A stretch of DNA of 64,000 bases. Source: Chiloscyllium plagiosum. Lineage: Eukaryota. Position 1 is the stretch's first letter. Each line of letters starts with the position of its first letter. Of this stretch, positions 36,480 through 48,235 are shown piece after piece. The translations under genes and the position numbers were made by a program. The notes beneath the pieces were generated by a model, which did not search any database, was not told the origin of the DNA, and worked only from the letters and a program-made list of their open reading frames with translations. The stretch is from positions 73,025,446-73,089,445 of the forward strand of contig NC_057719.1 of the NCBI RefSeq assembly GCF_004010195.1. The letters run 5' to 3'.

Positions 36480-37240
36480 TCAAAACCAGAGTTTGATGAA
36501 TGATGAAAAAGGGCATATGCTAAATGTTAAGTTGATAATACAAGTGAGAACCATAAGACCCACAAAATATCGGAACAGAATTAGGCCATTCAGCCCATTG
36601 AGTCTGCTCAACCATTTGATGATGGCTAATATGTTTCTAACCCCCTGGGGGGAGACAGACCTAGATAACACAGTTTAAGAATAAGATGTCTCCCTTTTAA
36701 GATGGAGATGAGGAGAAATATTTTCTTTCATTGGACTGCTGGTTGATGGAATTTTCTTCTCTAGAGCACAGTGAAGGTTGGGTCATTGAATTTATTCACT
36801 GCATATACTTTTGACTGACGAGGGAATCAAAAATATTGGAGGAAACCAGGAAGCTTGAATTGAGACCACAACCAATCAGATATGATCTTACCAAATGATG
36901 GATCAGGCACAGAGGGCTGAATGGCCTATTGTTACTCCCAAATCAGCCATTTCTATGATTGCAAAGTTTACTGTGTAACAAGAGAGAATAATGCTGTTCA
37001 TGTCATGTACAAGGGCTTTCAAAAGGCATTTGATTAATCCCACAAAACATACTTGTCAGGTGAGCAGAATCCCATGGGGAAAAGGGCCAATGACAATACG
37101 AATTGATGTTGACAGAGGGAGAGGAAACAAGAGTAATCATCTATGATTGCACCTCACACTGGAGAAGTTATACAATGTTATTCCCCATTGTATTATAATC
37201 AGTGCTTTTCTTGATATCTTGGCCGAGACCTGGATGTACA
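36480..37240 (+). mobile_element. Old CR1 fragments, with an antisense CR1 tail at ~36549-36643
   Basis: cagtttaagaataag..gagatgaggagaaat..gggctgaatggccta; HVMYKGFQKAFD at ~37000. Confidence 0.6.
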
Positions 37241-37904
37241 GAAGAAAGTAACACCAACTAAATACCTTTTTCTTTTAACATTTTGATACTTCAAAATGTA
37301 ATTAATGTACACCAGATGGAAGATTTTTGTATCTGTCAATTCACCAGTAAGCCATTAAAAACTATATGATGGAACAGTTTCTACAGCATTGGAAACACAT
37401 TAAAAACCCATTACAACTCTGTTCCCTTTCCAACTTAATTATAGTTATACAGACCCACAAATATCGATTGAAGCTGAATCACAAACAATCACTTTCAAAG
37501 TTGCTTTCTCCTCCTCCCCCCAGGAACTGAATTTCTGAGGTTGTCAGTAAGGTTTGTAGGATAATAAAGAAATGTCACATTTCACGAAAGTGTTATGTCT
37601 AGTAATTGATATTTATATTGTACATTTGGGTATCTGCACCAATGCTTTCTATTCAGAAGCTTGAAGCTGGGAATACATTTGAAATTGATATGCTTCTCCA
37701 TCATCTGAATGGAACTACTCAACTGGACTTATTATTGCTGTTCTGACAATGCTGCAAACCGAGAGGAAACAGTATGACGAATATCTCAGCTTGCACCATT
37801 ATAATTCAATGTAATAATTGATGTGCCTTTCGCACTGGCAGACAGGTTTCTCAAAATGATTGGAATGTAGAACAGTACGTTTCATAGCAATTATCAACTG
37901 CAGG

Positions 37905-38440
37905 AGGTCTTGTGTCATGGGGAATGGCTTCTTTACCTCTGAGCTAGAAGGTCCAAGGTCAAGGCCCACTCCAGGTCTTGCAGCCACAGAAAAGTGCAAT
38001 CATAACGCAGCCATACTGTTTGAATCTCAGCTTGTGAATCCTTCCAATATATCCTTCAATGGAAGGATGTAAGAGGAAGAAGATATTGCTCATCAGCCAT
38101 GCAACTGAAAGAAATCGGAGGCTTTACCATTGCTGCTCTTAGCATCAGGCCTCAGAATTCACATGAAAGTATATGTCAGACACAGTAATGCGGCTGCCAG
38201 GATGGGAGGTGATGTCAGTTGGCTCAGTTGGCTGGACACTGTGGATCAGACTGGGGCTAATAGCACAGAGTTCAATCCCTGCACTGGCTGTGGAGGATTC
38301 ACCACCTCGCCCGAACTATGTTGTAGGCAGCAGCACCATGGCTTGGATCTGCCTCTAGGCAGAGAGCTGAAAAACAAGATCAGTTGCTTGATTCCCAGTT
38401 AGAGAGCGCTCAACCGATTAGAAAATGACAAACTTGGATT
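37905..38440 (+). mobile_element. Two adjacent decayed tRNA-derived SINEs
   Basis: cctctgagctagaaggtcc..ggtcaaggcccactcca head; second head TTGGCTCAGTTGG..GAGTTCAATCCC at 38219-38280. Confidence 0.5.
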
Positions 38441-38534
38441 TGGAGGGATAGCCTACATTTTACTAACATCTGTTCTTTTGCAGCGGTTTTTTCTTAATCG
38501 TTGTTTCATGTTATGAATCTTGCCTCCTCAATGC

Positions 38535-39030
38535 TTTTTTTAAATTCAATTTTGGGATGTGGGCTAGTTAAGCCAGCAATTGTTACTCTTTCTTTATTGA
38601 CCTGAGAAGGTGGATAGCGAGCTACCTATTGAACCATTGCAGTCTGGAGTGTAGGCATATCCACAGCGCTGTTCGGAAGATATTTTGACCACATACCAGA
38701 GGAGGAGAGGTAATATAGCTTCAAGTCAGAAATGGCTTGGAGGGAAATCTCTGGCCATTGGTACTCCTGCTGTCCTTATCCTTCCAAATGGTAGAGGACA
38801 CAGCAGTGGAAAGTGCTGTTGGAGGAGCCTGGCTGGCTTTCTGCAGTGCAACTTTGTAGATGGCACTTGCTGATGCCATTGAGCACCAGTGGTGAAAGAG
38901 ATGAATGTAGCAGGTATGTCGGATGGATTGCAAATCGAGCCCTGGATGGTGTCAAGTTTCTTGAGTATTGTTGGAACTGCACTCGACCAGACAAGTGAAG
39001 TCTATTTCTCACAGTCCTGACTTGTAGATG
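38535..39030 (-). mobile_element. CR1-group LINE 3' part (second family)
   Basis: cctggatggtgtcaagtttcttgagt..gtcctgacttgt is the reverse complement of motifs in 33500-34265. Confidence 0.75.
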
Positions 39031-39039
39031 GGGGAACAA

Positions 39040-39315
39040 ACATTTAAACAATGGGTCAGCTGCATTTTTGTGGATATAGAGTCACACAGAGGCCAGATAA
39101 CGATGGCAGATCCTAAAGCACATCAGTGAACCTGGTCAGATTTCTTACAATGAACAATGGCTTCACGGTCATCATTCAACTAGTTCTTAATCCCAGATGT
39201 GAATTAATTTAGTTAATATTTCATCACTTGCCATGGTTAGATTCAAACCCATCTGCCCAGAGCATTAACCTGGGTACTGCATTACAGTCTAGTGACAATA
39301 TCAGGCATATCTCCC
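39040..39315 (-). mobile_element. CR1-tailed tRNA SINE
   Basis: gagtcacac..ggccaga..gtgaacc..ttgccatgg..attcaaaccc..cccagagcatta. Confidence 0.65.
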
Positions 39316-40106
39316 ACTGAACAGTATTTCCCCCAGTTGTATTTTGCAAGTCCTAATTACCATAATCTTTCTTTCTAATTTATAATTAGGACTGTTGCTT
39401 GATTATAAAAATAATTGCAATGAAACTTTCAATTAAAAAACCTTATTCTTAGTTAATCTTGGTTTTAATTGCATATTTATTTCATACAATCATTACATCA
39501 ATTTCATTTGAGTCAACTTCATTGCTAGCCTACTGTTGTTAATGCTTGAAAATATACAGAAAATACTCAAAGTTGTTCATTCCAAGCATGACCTTTCTTC
39601 AGCATAATCTATAATATACAGCAATGGAAGGGACATTCACCCCAATTGCTTATAACAATATTTATGCTCCCATCAAGCTTTATAAAACCAGAAATTAGAA
39701 GCAGAACTAGACCATTCGACCTACTGAGTCTGATCTGCAACTCGTTCATGGCTGATATGTTTCTTAACCCCATTCTTCTGTCCTCTGCCTGTAATCATTG
39801 ATTCCATTACGAATCAAGAACCTATCCATCTTTATCTGAAATACACTCCATTATTTGTCCTTCACAGCCTTCTGTGGCATTGAATTCCACAGATTACCCA
39901 CCCACTGACTGAATAAATTTCTCTTCATCTCAATTTCTAAAGAGTCATCCCTTCACTCCGAGGCTCTCCCCTCGGGTCCTAGTCTCTCCTCCTAATGAAA
40001 TCATCTTCTGCAATGTCCACTCTATTCAAGTTCCTCAGTATTCTGTAAGTACGAATCAGATCCCTGCTAATCCTTCCAATCCGCGTATAACAAATACTTC
40101 ATTCAT

Positions 40107-40455
40107 TACAGAATCTCTACAGCGTGGAAACAGGCCCTTCAGCCCGACAAGTCCACACCGACCCTCTGAAGAGTAACATACCCAGACCCATTCCCCAAAC
40201 CTATTACTCTACATTTACCCCTGACTAATGCACCTAATTTACACATCCCTGAACACTATGGGCAATTTAGTATGGCCAATGCATCTAACCTGCACATCTT
40301 TAGCATTGCAGGAGGAAACTGGAGCACCCAGAGGAAGCACACACAGACATGGGGAGAATGTGCGAACTCCACACAGGCAGTCACCCAAGGCTGGAATCGA
40401 ACCTGGGTCCCTGACGCTGTGAGGCAGCAGTGCTAACCACTAGGCCACCATGCCA
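40107..40455 (-). mobile_element. Full-length HE1-like SINE
   Basis: Minus strand A-box GGTGGCCTAGTGG, B-box GGTTCGATTCC, V-domain, CR1-type tail. Confidence 0.92.
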
Positions 40456-40804
40456 ACCTGATCCTGGGATTATTCTTATAAACCTCCTCTGGACCCTCTC
40501 CAAGGCCCAGTACATGCTTCCTCAGATACAAGGTCCAAAATTGCTCACAATACTCCAAATGAATTCTGACCGGAGCACTCTACAGCTTAGCAGTAAATCC
40601 TAGCTCTTGTATTCTAACCCTCTTGAAATGAACACGAACATTTAATCTTACTTCCTAACTGCCAACTAAACTTGCATGTTAACCTTAAGAGAATCCTGAA
40701 CTAGGACTCCTAAGAGCCTTGGTGCTTCAGATTTCTCCCATTGACAAACTATTCATCTGACCAAAGTCGCCTGCCTCACAATTTCTCACATTGTATGCCA
40801 TCTG

Positions 40805-40935
40805 AGAGAAAGTGATCACTGCAGGTGCAGGAGATCAGATTCGAAGAATGTGGTGCTGGAAAAGCACAGCCAGTCAGGCAGCTTCTGAGGAGCAGGAGAG
40901 TTGATGTTTCAGTCATAAGCCCTACATCAGGAATT
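40805..40935 (-). mobile_element. PLE pseudo-LTR fragment, family A
   Basis: gagaaagtgatcactgcagg..cataagccctacatcagg; catctg on both flanks (40799-40804, 40936-40941). Confidence 0.8.
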
Positions 40936-41432
40936 CATCTGTCAATTCTTTGCCCCTTCTCCTATCCTGTCCAAATCCTTCTGCAGCCTCCCCACTTCCT
41001 CAACACTATATGTCCCTCCACTGATCTCTATGTCAGCCTCAAACATAGCAACAATTCCCTCAGTTCCTTCATCCAGATTGTGAATGCATAATGTGAATAA
41101 CTGTGGCCCAACATGGACCCCTGCAGAACTCCACTAGCCCCATCTGCCTTCCTGAAAAAGACCCCTTTATCCTTAATCTCGACCTTCTGCTAGTCAGTCA
41201 ATCCTCTGTCCATACCAGTACCTTGCCCCGAACACCATGGGCTCTTACCTTATTTAGCAGCTTCCTGTGTGGCACCTTGTCAAATGCCTTTATACCCTTT
41301 GTCCTTTTCTCACATAACCTTTAGGACTTTAGTTCTCAGACTTTATAAATTTGCCATTCCTCCAGGTAAATACATGGGCCAGTCCAACTCTTCCTCTCCA
41401 CTAGTAGCATTTTTTTTCCTTTGCCTTCTATT

Positions 41433-42492
41433 AGAGAGTCATAGTCATAGAGATGTACAGCACAGAAACAGACCCTTCAGTCCAACTTGTCCATGCCAAC
41501 CAGATATCCCAACCCAATCTAGTCCCACCCAGCTCATATCCCTCTCAACCCTTCCTATTCATATAGCCACCCAGATGCCTCTTAAATGTTGCAATTGTAC
41601 CAGCCTCCACCACTTCCTCTGGCAGCTCATTCCATACATGCACCACTCTCTGCATGAAAACGTTGCCCCTTAGGTCTCTTTTATATCTTTCCTTTCTCAC
41701 CCTAAACCTATGCCCTCTAGTTCTGGACTTCCCCAACCCAGGGAAAAGACCTTCTCGATTTACCCTATCCATGCCCCTCATGATTTTATAAACCTCCATA
41801 AGGTCACCCCTCAGCCTCTGACACCCCAGGGAAAACAGCCCTAGCCTATTCAACCTCTCCATATAGCTCAAATCCTTCAACCCTGGCAACATCCTTGCAA
41901 ATCTTTTCTGAACCCTTTCAAGTTTCACAACATCCTTTCGATAGGAAGGAGACCAGAATTGCACGCAATATTCCAAATGTGGCCGAATCAATGTTCTGCA
42001 CAGCCGCAACATGACCTCCCAACTCCTGTACTCAATACTCTGACCAATAAAGGAAAGCATACCAAATACCTTCTTCACTATCCTATCTACCTGCGACTCT
42101 ACTTTCAAGGAGCTATGAACCTGCACTCTTTGTTCAGCAACACACCCTAGGACCTTACCATTAAGTGTGTAAGTAGTGCTAATGTTTGCTTTCCCAAAAT
42201 GCAGCACCTCGCATTTACATAAATTAAACCATCTGCCACTCCACAGCCCATTGCCTCATCTGATCAAGATCCCGCTGTAATCTGAGGTAAACTTCTTCAC
42301 TGTCCACTACACCTCCAATTTTGGAGTCATCTGCAAACTTACTAACCATACCTCTTATGCTCGCATCCAAATCATTTATATAAATGACAAAAAGTAGTGG
42401 ACACAGCACCGATCCTTGTGGCATTCCATTGGTCACAGGCCTCCAATATGAAAAAAAAACCCTCCACCACCACCACCCTCTGTTCTGATCTA
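41433..42492 (-). mobile_element. Young 5'-truncated CR1 LINE (~1.06 kb)
   Basis: ORFs 42224-42436 and 41545-42207 ([34 protein letters not shown]); very similar to 6804-7754. Confidence 0.95.
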
Positions 42493-42929
42493 ACTTTCCA
42501 TGATTTGTCTGCTACAGTTGGAAATTTATCACTTCTGCTCCTTTTCTGTTCCAGCGACTTACACAAACCTAATTCAAATGCAGAATGAGCATGTATGTTA
42601 GACATTGCACAGCATATTGTACAATGACACTGACATAATAATCCCAAGAGATGGATTTCCTACATGATTGGAGTATTGAAATTATTCTGAAATTGAGATA
42701 TTTTCCCCAATGTTAAATATAATATATGTTCTAGCAGCTCTCAATTTTAAATGTATATATTTGGCAAAATCATTCTCATTACAGATCTAAAGAATAATAG
42801 ACAAAGCATTCAACTTGGAGTCTCACTGACATTTGAATCAATCAAACTTTCAAGTGAATTGCATTTTGAGATATTTTACCATGACAAGAAGAGTTACTAT
42901 GAAAAAAACCATTTAAAATTTCTTTTTAC

Positions 42930-43162
42930 CATTGATCTCCCACTGCTTCTTTTTGGTGGTTTCTTTTTCATTTCACCTCTTGTTCTTGTCTTCACAGTTG
43001 CAGCAGCTGCTTCCCGCAGTGAACTCGATAACCTGTCTGTGAACATGTCCACCTGTCTGTTGTATCTGAGCATAGCATTCGTTACAATGGGTGTCCGAAC
43101 GACTGTATTTCTTTCCCCACCATTAAAACACTCTTACCTTTTTGGCTCCGACCTATCACAAT
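42930..43162 (-). CDS. Candidate exon containing a start codon (ATG at 43073: MLRYNRQVDMFTDRLSSSLREAAAATVKTRTRGEMKKKPPKRSSGRSM)
   Basis: Acceptor cctcttcttctttgttag, donor ATG|gtaaaa, upstream in-frame stop, locally retained CpGs, unique sequence; no homolog recognised. Confidence 0.35.
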
Positions 43163-43229
43163 CTAACAAAGAAGAAGAGGTGGTTAATCTGCACCTATAC
43201 TTATTTCACATCCTGAGTCTCTATTTCTT

Positions 43230-43410
43230 TTCTTAGATCCTTGAATCCTTTGTCACTTTCCAAACTTATGCCCATCTTTCTGGTAATTCAATGGTTGAAT
43301 TTCGCTCAGGTCATAGCATTAAAACAACCCTTATCAAGCCACAAGTCGCATCTTATTTGACTACACACATCATGAGCTCTCTCTTTTCACACTTCCTAGT
43401 CTATCTGCAA
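43230..43410 (+). mobile_element. Old L2 RT fragment
   Basis: EFRSGHSIKTTLIK resembles L2 GFR..HSTETAL.KV; LVYLQS resembles LLDLS. Confidence 0.5.
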
Positions 43411-43411
43411 T

Positions 43412-43746
43412 CTTCGGTGGCTCAAGGGTTAGCACTGCTGCCTCACAGCACCAGGGACCCGGGTTCAATCCCTGCCTCGGGCAACTGTGTGGAGTTTGAT
43501 GCTCTCCCCATATCAGCATGGGCGTCCTTGGGTTTCCTCCCACAATCCAAAGATGTGCAGGTTAGGTAAATTGGTCATACTAAATTGCCCATAGTGTTCA
43601 GGGATGTGTAGATTAGGTGCATTAGCTAGGGGTAAATGTAGAGTAATGGGTTCGGGGGGTGGGTCTGGGTGGGTTACTCTTCGCAGGGTTGGTGTGGACT
43701 TCTCAGGCCAAAGGGCCTGTTTCTACACTGTAGTAATTCTATGATT
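43412..43746 (+). mobile_element. Full-length HE1-like SINE
   Basis: A-box GGTGGCTCAAGGG, B-box GGGTTCAATCCC (43461-43472), V-domain, CR1-type tail. Confidence 0.92.
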
Positions 43747-43988
43747 TTATATTGATTGTTCGACATACTTGATTAGATAATTCCCCACTGGGTAGACATA
43801 CCTTCCATTCTAATCACTCCAGTCATTATTAAGGAATTGCCTGCAGTAAAACATGAAACATGCCATATTTCTTTCCACCTCCAATGCCTGAATAAAAGTT
43901 CTTCATTCATTATTCAAATTCTTCCATTCACAACTCCAGTCAATAATGAATTGTTTATTGTGAGGTGGAGAAAGGATGAAAGAAAGAG

Positions 43989-44676
43989 GTCCTAGGGAGT
44001 GTTGCTGAACAAAGAGACCTTGGAGTGCAGGTTCATAGCTCCTTGAAAGTGGAGTGGCAGGTAGATAGGCTAGTGAAGAAGGTGTTTGGCATGCTTTCCT
44101 TTATTAGTCAGAGTATTGAGTACAGGAGTTTTGGTTAGGCCACTGTTGGAATACTGCATGCGATTCTGGTCTTCTTCCTATTGGAAAGATGTTGTGAAAA
44201 GATTTCCAAGGATGTCACCAGGGTTGGAGGATTTGAGCTATATGGAGAGGCTGAACAGGCTGGAGCTGTTTTCCCTGGAGCATCGGAGGCTGAACGGTGC
44301 CCTTATAGAGGTTTATAAAATTATGAGGGGCATGGATAGGATAAATAGACAAAGCCTTTTCCCTGGAGTGGGGGAGTCCAGAACTAGAGGGCATAGGTTT
44401 AGGGTGAGAGGGGAAAGATATAAAAGAGACCTAAGGGGCAACTTTTTCACGCAGAGGGTGGTATGTGTATGGAATGAGCTGCCAGAGGATGTGGTGGAGG
44501 CTGGTAAAATTGCAACATTTAAGAGGCATTTGGATGTGTATATGAATAGGAAGGGTTTAGAGAGATATGGGCCGGGTGCTGGCAGGTGGGACTAGATTGG
44601 GTTGGGATATCTGCTCGGCATGGACAGGTTGGACCGAAGGGTCTGTTTCTATGCCGTACATCTCTATGAGTCTATA
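43989..44676 (+). mobile_element. Young CR1 3' fragment
   Basis: ORF 44086-44595 (RPLLEYCMRFWS..WNELPEDVV); ctctatgagtctat tail. Confidence 0.95.
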
Positions 44677-44975
44677 AAGAGGCAAGGGGAGAAATGAAAG
44701 TGAGATGGAAATCAGCAAGGTTTCTAATCGCTAATCATTATATTTTTATAATTCAATACATTTGCAAAGTGAGTCAAGCCTCATATTTTCTTGTGTGCCT
44801 ACATTATATGCGCATGCATGGGAAAGTGCCAATTTTACTGACAGGATGGCAATTTCTGGCCTCCTTTTGGAGCCTATGTGCTGCAATATCTCAGCACTAT
44901 ATTTCAGGAACAGGAGAAGGTTGTCCACCTCCAGTAAGTCGACCCACCATTCAAGATCATGCGCTGATGCAAAAG

Positions 44976-45945
44976 CCACAATCAGTGAAGATTGGGGACA
45001 ATATTTCATCGTCACTAACTGGAGTCCCTCAGGGGTGCGTACTCAGCCCCCTACTGTACTCATTGTATACCCATGACTACATCGCCAAATACCAGACTAA
45101 TGCCATTTACAAGTTTGCTGATGACACCACCAAAGTCAGTTGAATCTCAGATGGCGATGAAACAGACTACAGACAGGAAGTGGAAGACCCGGAAAAATGG
45201 TGCACTGAATACAACCTAGCTGTCACTTCCAGCAAAACCAAGGAACTTATTATTGACTTTTGGCAGGACGTTACTCATGTCCCCCTACACATTAACAGCA
45301 CAGAGGTGGAATGGGTGGAGACTGTCAAGTTCCTGGGAGTGGTCATCCACAACAAGCTTTCTTGGACTCTTCATGTGGATGCACTGGTTACAAAGACCCA
45401 ACAACGTCTCTTCTTCCTCAGGCAGCTGAGGAAATTTGGCACGATGGCGAATACCCTTGCCAACTTTTATAGGTGCGCCATCGAGAGCATTCTGTCTGGA
45501 TGTATCACTATCTGATATGGCAACTGTACCATTCAAGATCAGAGATAGCTACAGAGAGTAGTGAACTCGGCCCAGACAATCACAAAAGCCAACCTCCCAT
45601 CTATGAAATCCATCTACCAGGCCAACTGTCAAGGAAAGGCCGCCAGCATTCTTAAAGACCCATCCCACCCTGGCAATGTTTTTGCACAACTTCCATCACT
45701 GGGGAGAAGGTACAGAAGTCTGAATACACGGACCAGCCGGTTTTGCAACAGTTTCTACCCTACTGTTGTTAGAATACTGAATGGACTCACAAACTCTTAA
45801 CATTCGCCTGTACCTGTGTCGTTTTTGTCGCTGTTTACCTACTATTTACTATCTATACTACTTAACTATGTGATCTGCCTGTATTGCTCACAAGTCAAAG
45901 CTTTTCACTGTGTCTCGGTACACATGACAATAAATTCAATTCAAG
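44976..45945 (+). mobile_element. Rex1/Babar-type LINE 3' ~1 kb
   Basis: TGVPQGCVLSPLLYSLYTHD, KFADDT, KTKELIIDF, VKFLGVVI, QQRLFFLRQLRKF, KDPSHPG; tail catgacaataaattcaattcaa. Confidence 0.92.
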
Positions 45946-46184
45946 TCATTGAAAATACAGTCTGGGTAAAGATTCTGCACTTTCTGAAAACTTGGGTGAC
46001 ATTCTACAGATTAAGACAGTCAATATTCAAATAAAACAATGCATTTCATACCGAATTCTTAAAAATATACAGAAAATAGTAAGATTACCATCAAAAATAG
46101 AAAAGCATAAAAATTACAGGAATAAAAAAATCCTACCAACCATTGTTGAAGATCCCAGGGTCATCTCAAAGCTTTGAGCATTGA

Positions 46185-46850
46185 AGTCTACAGCTCAGAG
46201 AAAGGTCCTTTAGTTTATTGAGTCTGTATCAGTCAAAAACAACCACCTAACTATTCTAATCCCATTGTTCAGCACTTGGCTTTGTATGCTTTGACATCAC
46301 AAGTGCACATCTAAATACCTCTTAAATGTTATGAGAGTTCTGTCTCTACCATCCTTACAAGGAGTGTGTTGCAGATTCTCACCATCCTCTGGAAGAAAAC
46401 ATTTTTCCTCACATCTCTTCATCTTCTGTCCCCTACCTTAAATCTACGGTCATTGATCCCTCCACCAAGGTGAAAGGTTTCTTCCTGTGCAACCAGTCTG
46501 TGCCCCTCATAAATTTATACATGTCAAATATGACCCTGACAGTCTCCTCTGCTCCAAAGGAAACACGCCCAGCCTATCCAACCTCTCTTCATTCGAGTTG
46601 CAGAGTCAGACAGCACGGAAACAAATCTTTTGGTCCGACAAGTCCATGCTGAACATAATCCCAAACTAAATTAGTGCCACATTCAGTCCAAGCAACGTCC
46701 TGGTAAATCTCTGCACCATCTCCAGTGCAATCACGTCGGTCCTATAATTTGTATTCCAGAAGTGCACACAGTAGTCCAGTTATGGACTTTAACAACTTTT
46801 TATCTAAGTTCCCGCCTAATTACCCTGCTTTTAAGCTTAATGCTTCAGCT
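46185..46850 (-). mobile_element. Old CR1 3' fragments with a nested CR1 tail (~46600-46680)
   Basis: atctaaatacctcttaaatg, ttctcaccatcctctgg, ctctgcaccatctccagtg. Confidence 0.65.
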
Positions 46851-47621
46851 AATCTCTTGAACCTCGTAACTCATATTTAATATTGTAGACTACAGAGAGA
46901 AAATATTATTTTATTGCCAGGCTTATTTTTTTCCATCTACACCATTTGAATTCACATTGAAACTTTGGAACCGGCAGAAAAAATATCCAGTGTTATGCAA
47001 GGAAGAGAAAACTGATTACAAAACCACAAGAGCAAAACAGTTCCAATAATTTGGAGATAAACAGCATCATTCTGTTTTGACATCTTATTAATGAGTAATC
47101 AACTACTGGCAACAAAACGATAACACTTACAACGATAGTACCACAAAATTTAATTCAGCTACAAGTTGGGTTGCACACAAAGGAATTTGCATTTAAAATA
47201 AAGGAATTGTTTTGTGGAATGAACATCTACGTATTCCTAAATAGCACATATGGAAATTGGAAGCAATCTTTTCTAAAATGTTAATGAGCATTTGATTTAC
47301 GCAAAGAAAAGGGGATTTTTAAAAAATTAAACAGATCAGGATAAAAGCAGAATTGTTTACTCAGGATTGAAGCTTTCTAAATTCTGTCCGCATTAAAAAT
47401 TCAAAAGTCTGCACCCTGCCACACAATTGTGAGAGCAGAATATCACAAAATATCCAATTTTAGGACTTTGCTCAGAGAGCTACAAGGGGTTAAAATTAAA
47501 GTTAAAATTATAACTAGTTTGTACCATAAATGGGCTCTTGCTTTGTGCAAATTGATTGCCATCTTTCCAACATCAAAAATACTTCATGGGCTGCAAAATA
47601 CATTTGAATTTTGCAAACCGT

Positions 47622-47728
47622 TATAGAGTCATAGAGATGTACAATATGGAAACAGCCCCTTCGGTCTAACTTGTCCATGCCGACCAGATATCCTAAACTA
47701 ATCTAGTCCCATTTGCCAGCACTTGGCT
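47622..47728 (-). mobile_element. CR1 3' tail fragment
   Basis: atagagtcatagagatgtac..ccatgccgaccagatatcc. Confidence 0.85.
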
Positions 47729-48235
47729 TCAATGAAAGTTTTTACTTTATCTTTATCTTATCAATGAAAAAAACTAAAACAATACTAGTAAAGGTGACTA
47801 CAGGTTGAGTGCCCAAGAATTTCTTTTATAACAGTAGTCACATTTATAGACGGAAATTTTCATGCTATCAGTCCAATTGCATTCAAAGCCAAATTCCAAT
47901 GATGGACACAATTGACATATATCAAGATGAATTTAGTCCTAAGTAGTCAGAATAACATTTTAGATGTAATATCACATAAAATACAATCAGGTAGATAAAG
48001 CTTTCCACACTTGGCCTGCAGACTAATCTGGTGCATCATCAGCTTGTCAGCATTATTTGGTTAATATAATGGGCACACCTTCAAAATGCAGGAGCCTCTT
48101 CCCTCTGTGGCAATGTGCATCCCTTTATAAATTTTGTTTTGTGTGGCCCCCTGCATCATTGTTAAGTGAAGCAAATATTGCACATCAATATGTCTTATGT
48201 CACCATAGTTGGTGTACCAGTCAACTGTATCGTTG

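Larger units (their letters stand above)
39690..41330 (-). mobile_element. Old CR1 3' part hosting HE1 and PLE insertions
   Basis: ctggaccctctccaagg, aattgctcacaatactccaaa, ggcaccttgtcaaatgcctt (KAFDKVP). Confidence 0.8.

Noticed and set aside
43053..43073. MLRYNRQ resembles the N-terminus of bacterial MoeB/ThiF; FTDRLS loosely resembles secretin-family peptides
   Set aside because: No downstream GxGxxG nucleotide-binding motif, no signal peptide and wrong spacing for a secretin-family peptide; treated as coincidence.
42751..43236. 161-aa plus-strand ORF as a membrane protein
   Set aside because: The hydrophobic stretches are the antisense of an A-rich minus-strand frame, the N-terminus is low-complexity AT-rich, and no family is recognised.
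43412..43490. tRNA genes at SINE heads (also 17651, 38219, 40380-40455, 63390-63464)
   Set aside because: A/B boxes continue into SINE bodies and LINE-derived tails; no complete cloverleaf or terminator.
47131..47158. 28-bp minus-strand micro-exon (ttgtag|...|gtaagt); similarly a 26-bp plus-strand one near 44908-44933
   Set aside because: Isolated splice-like motifs are expected by chance in 64 kb, and there is no supporting frame context.
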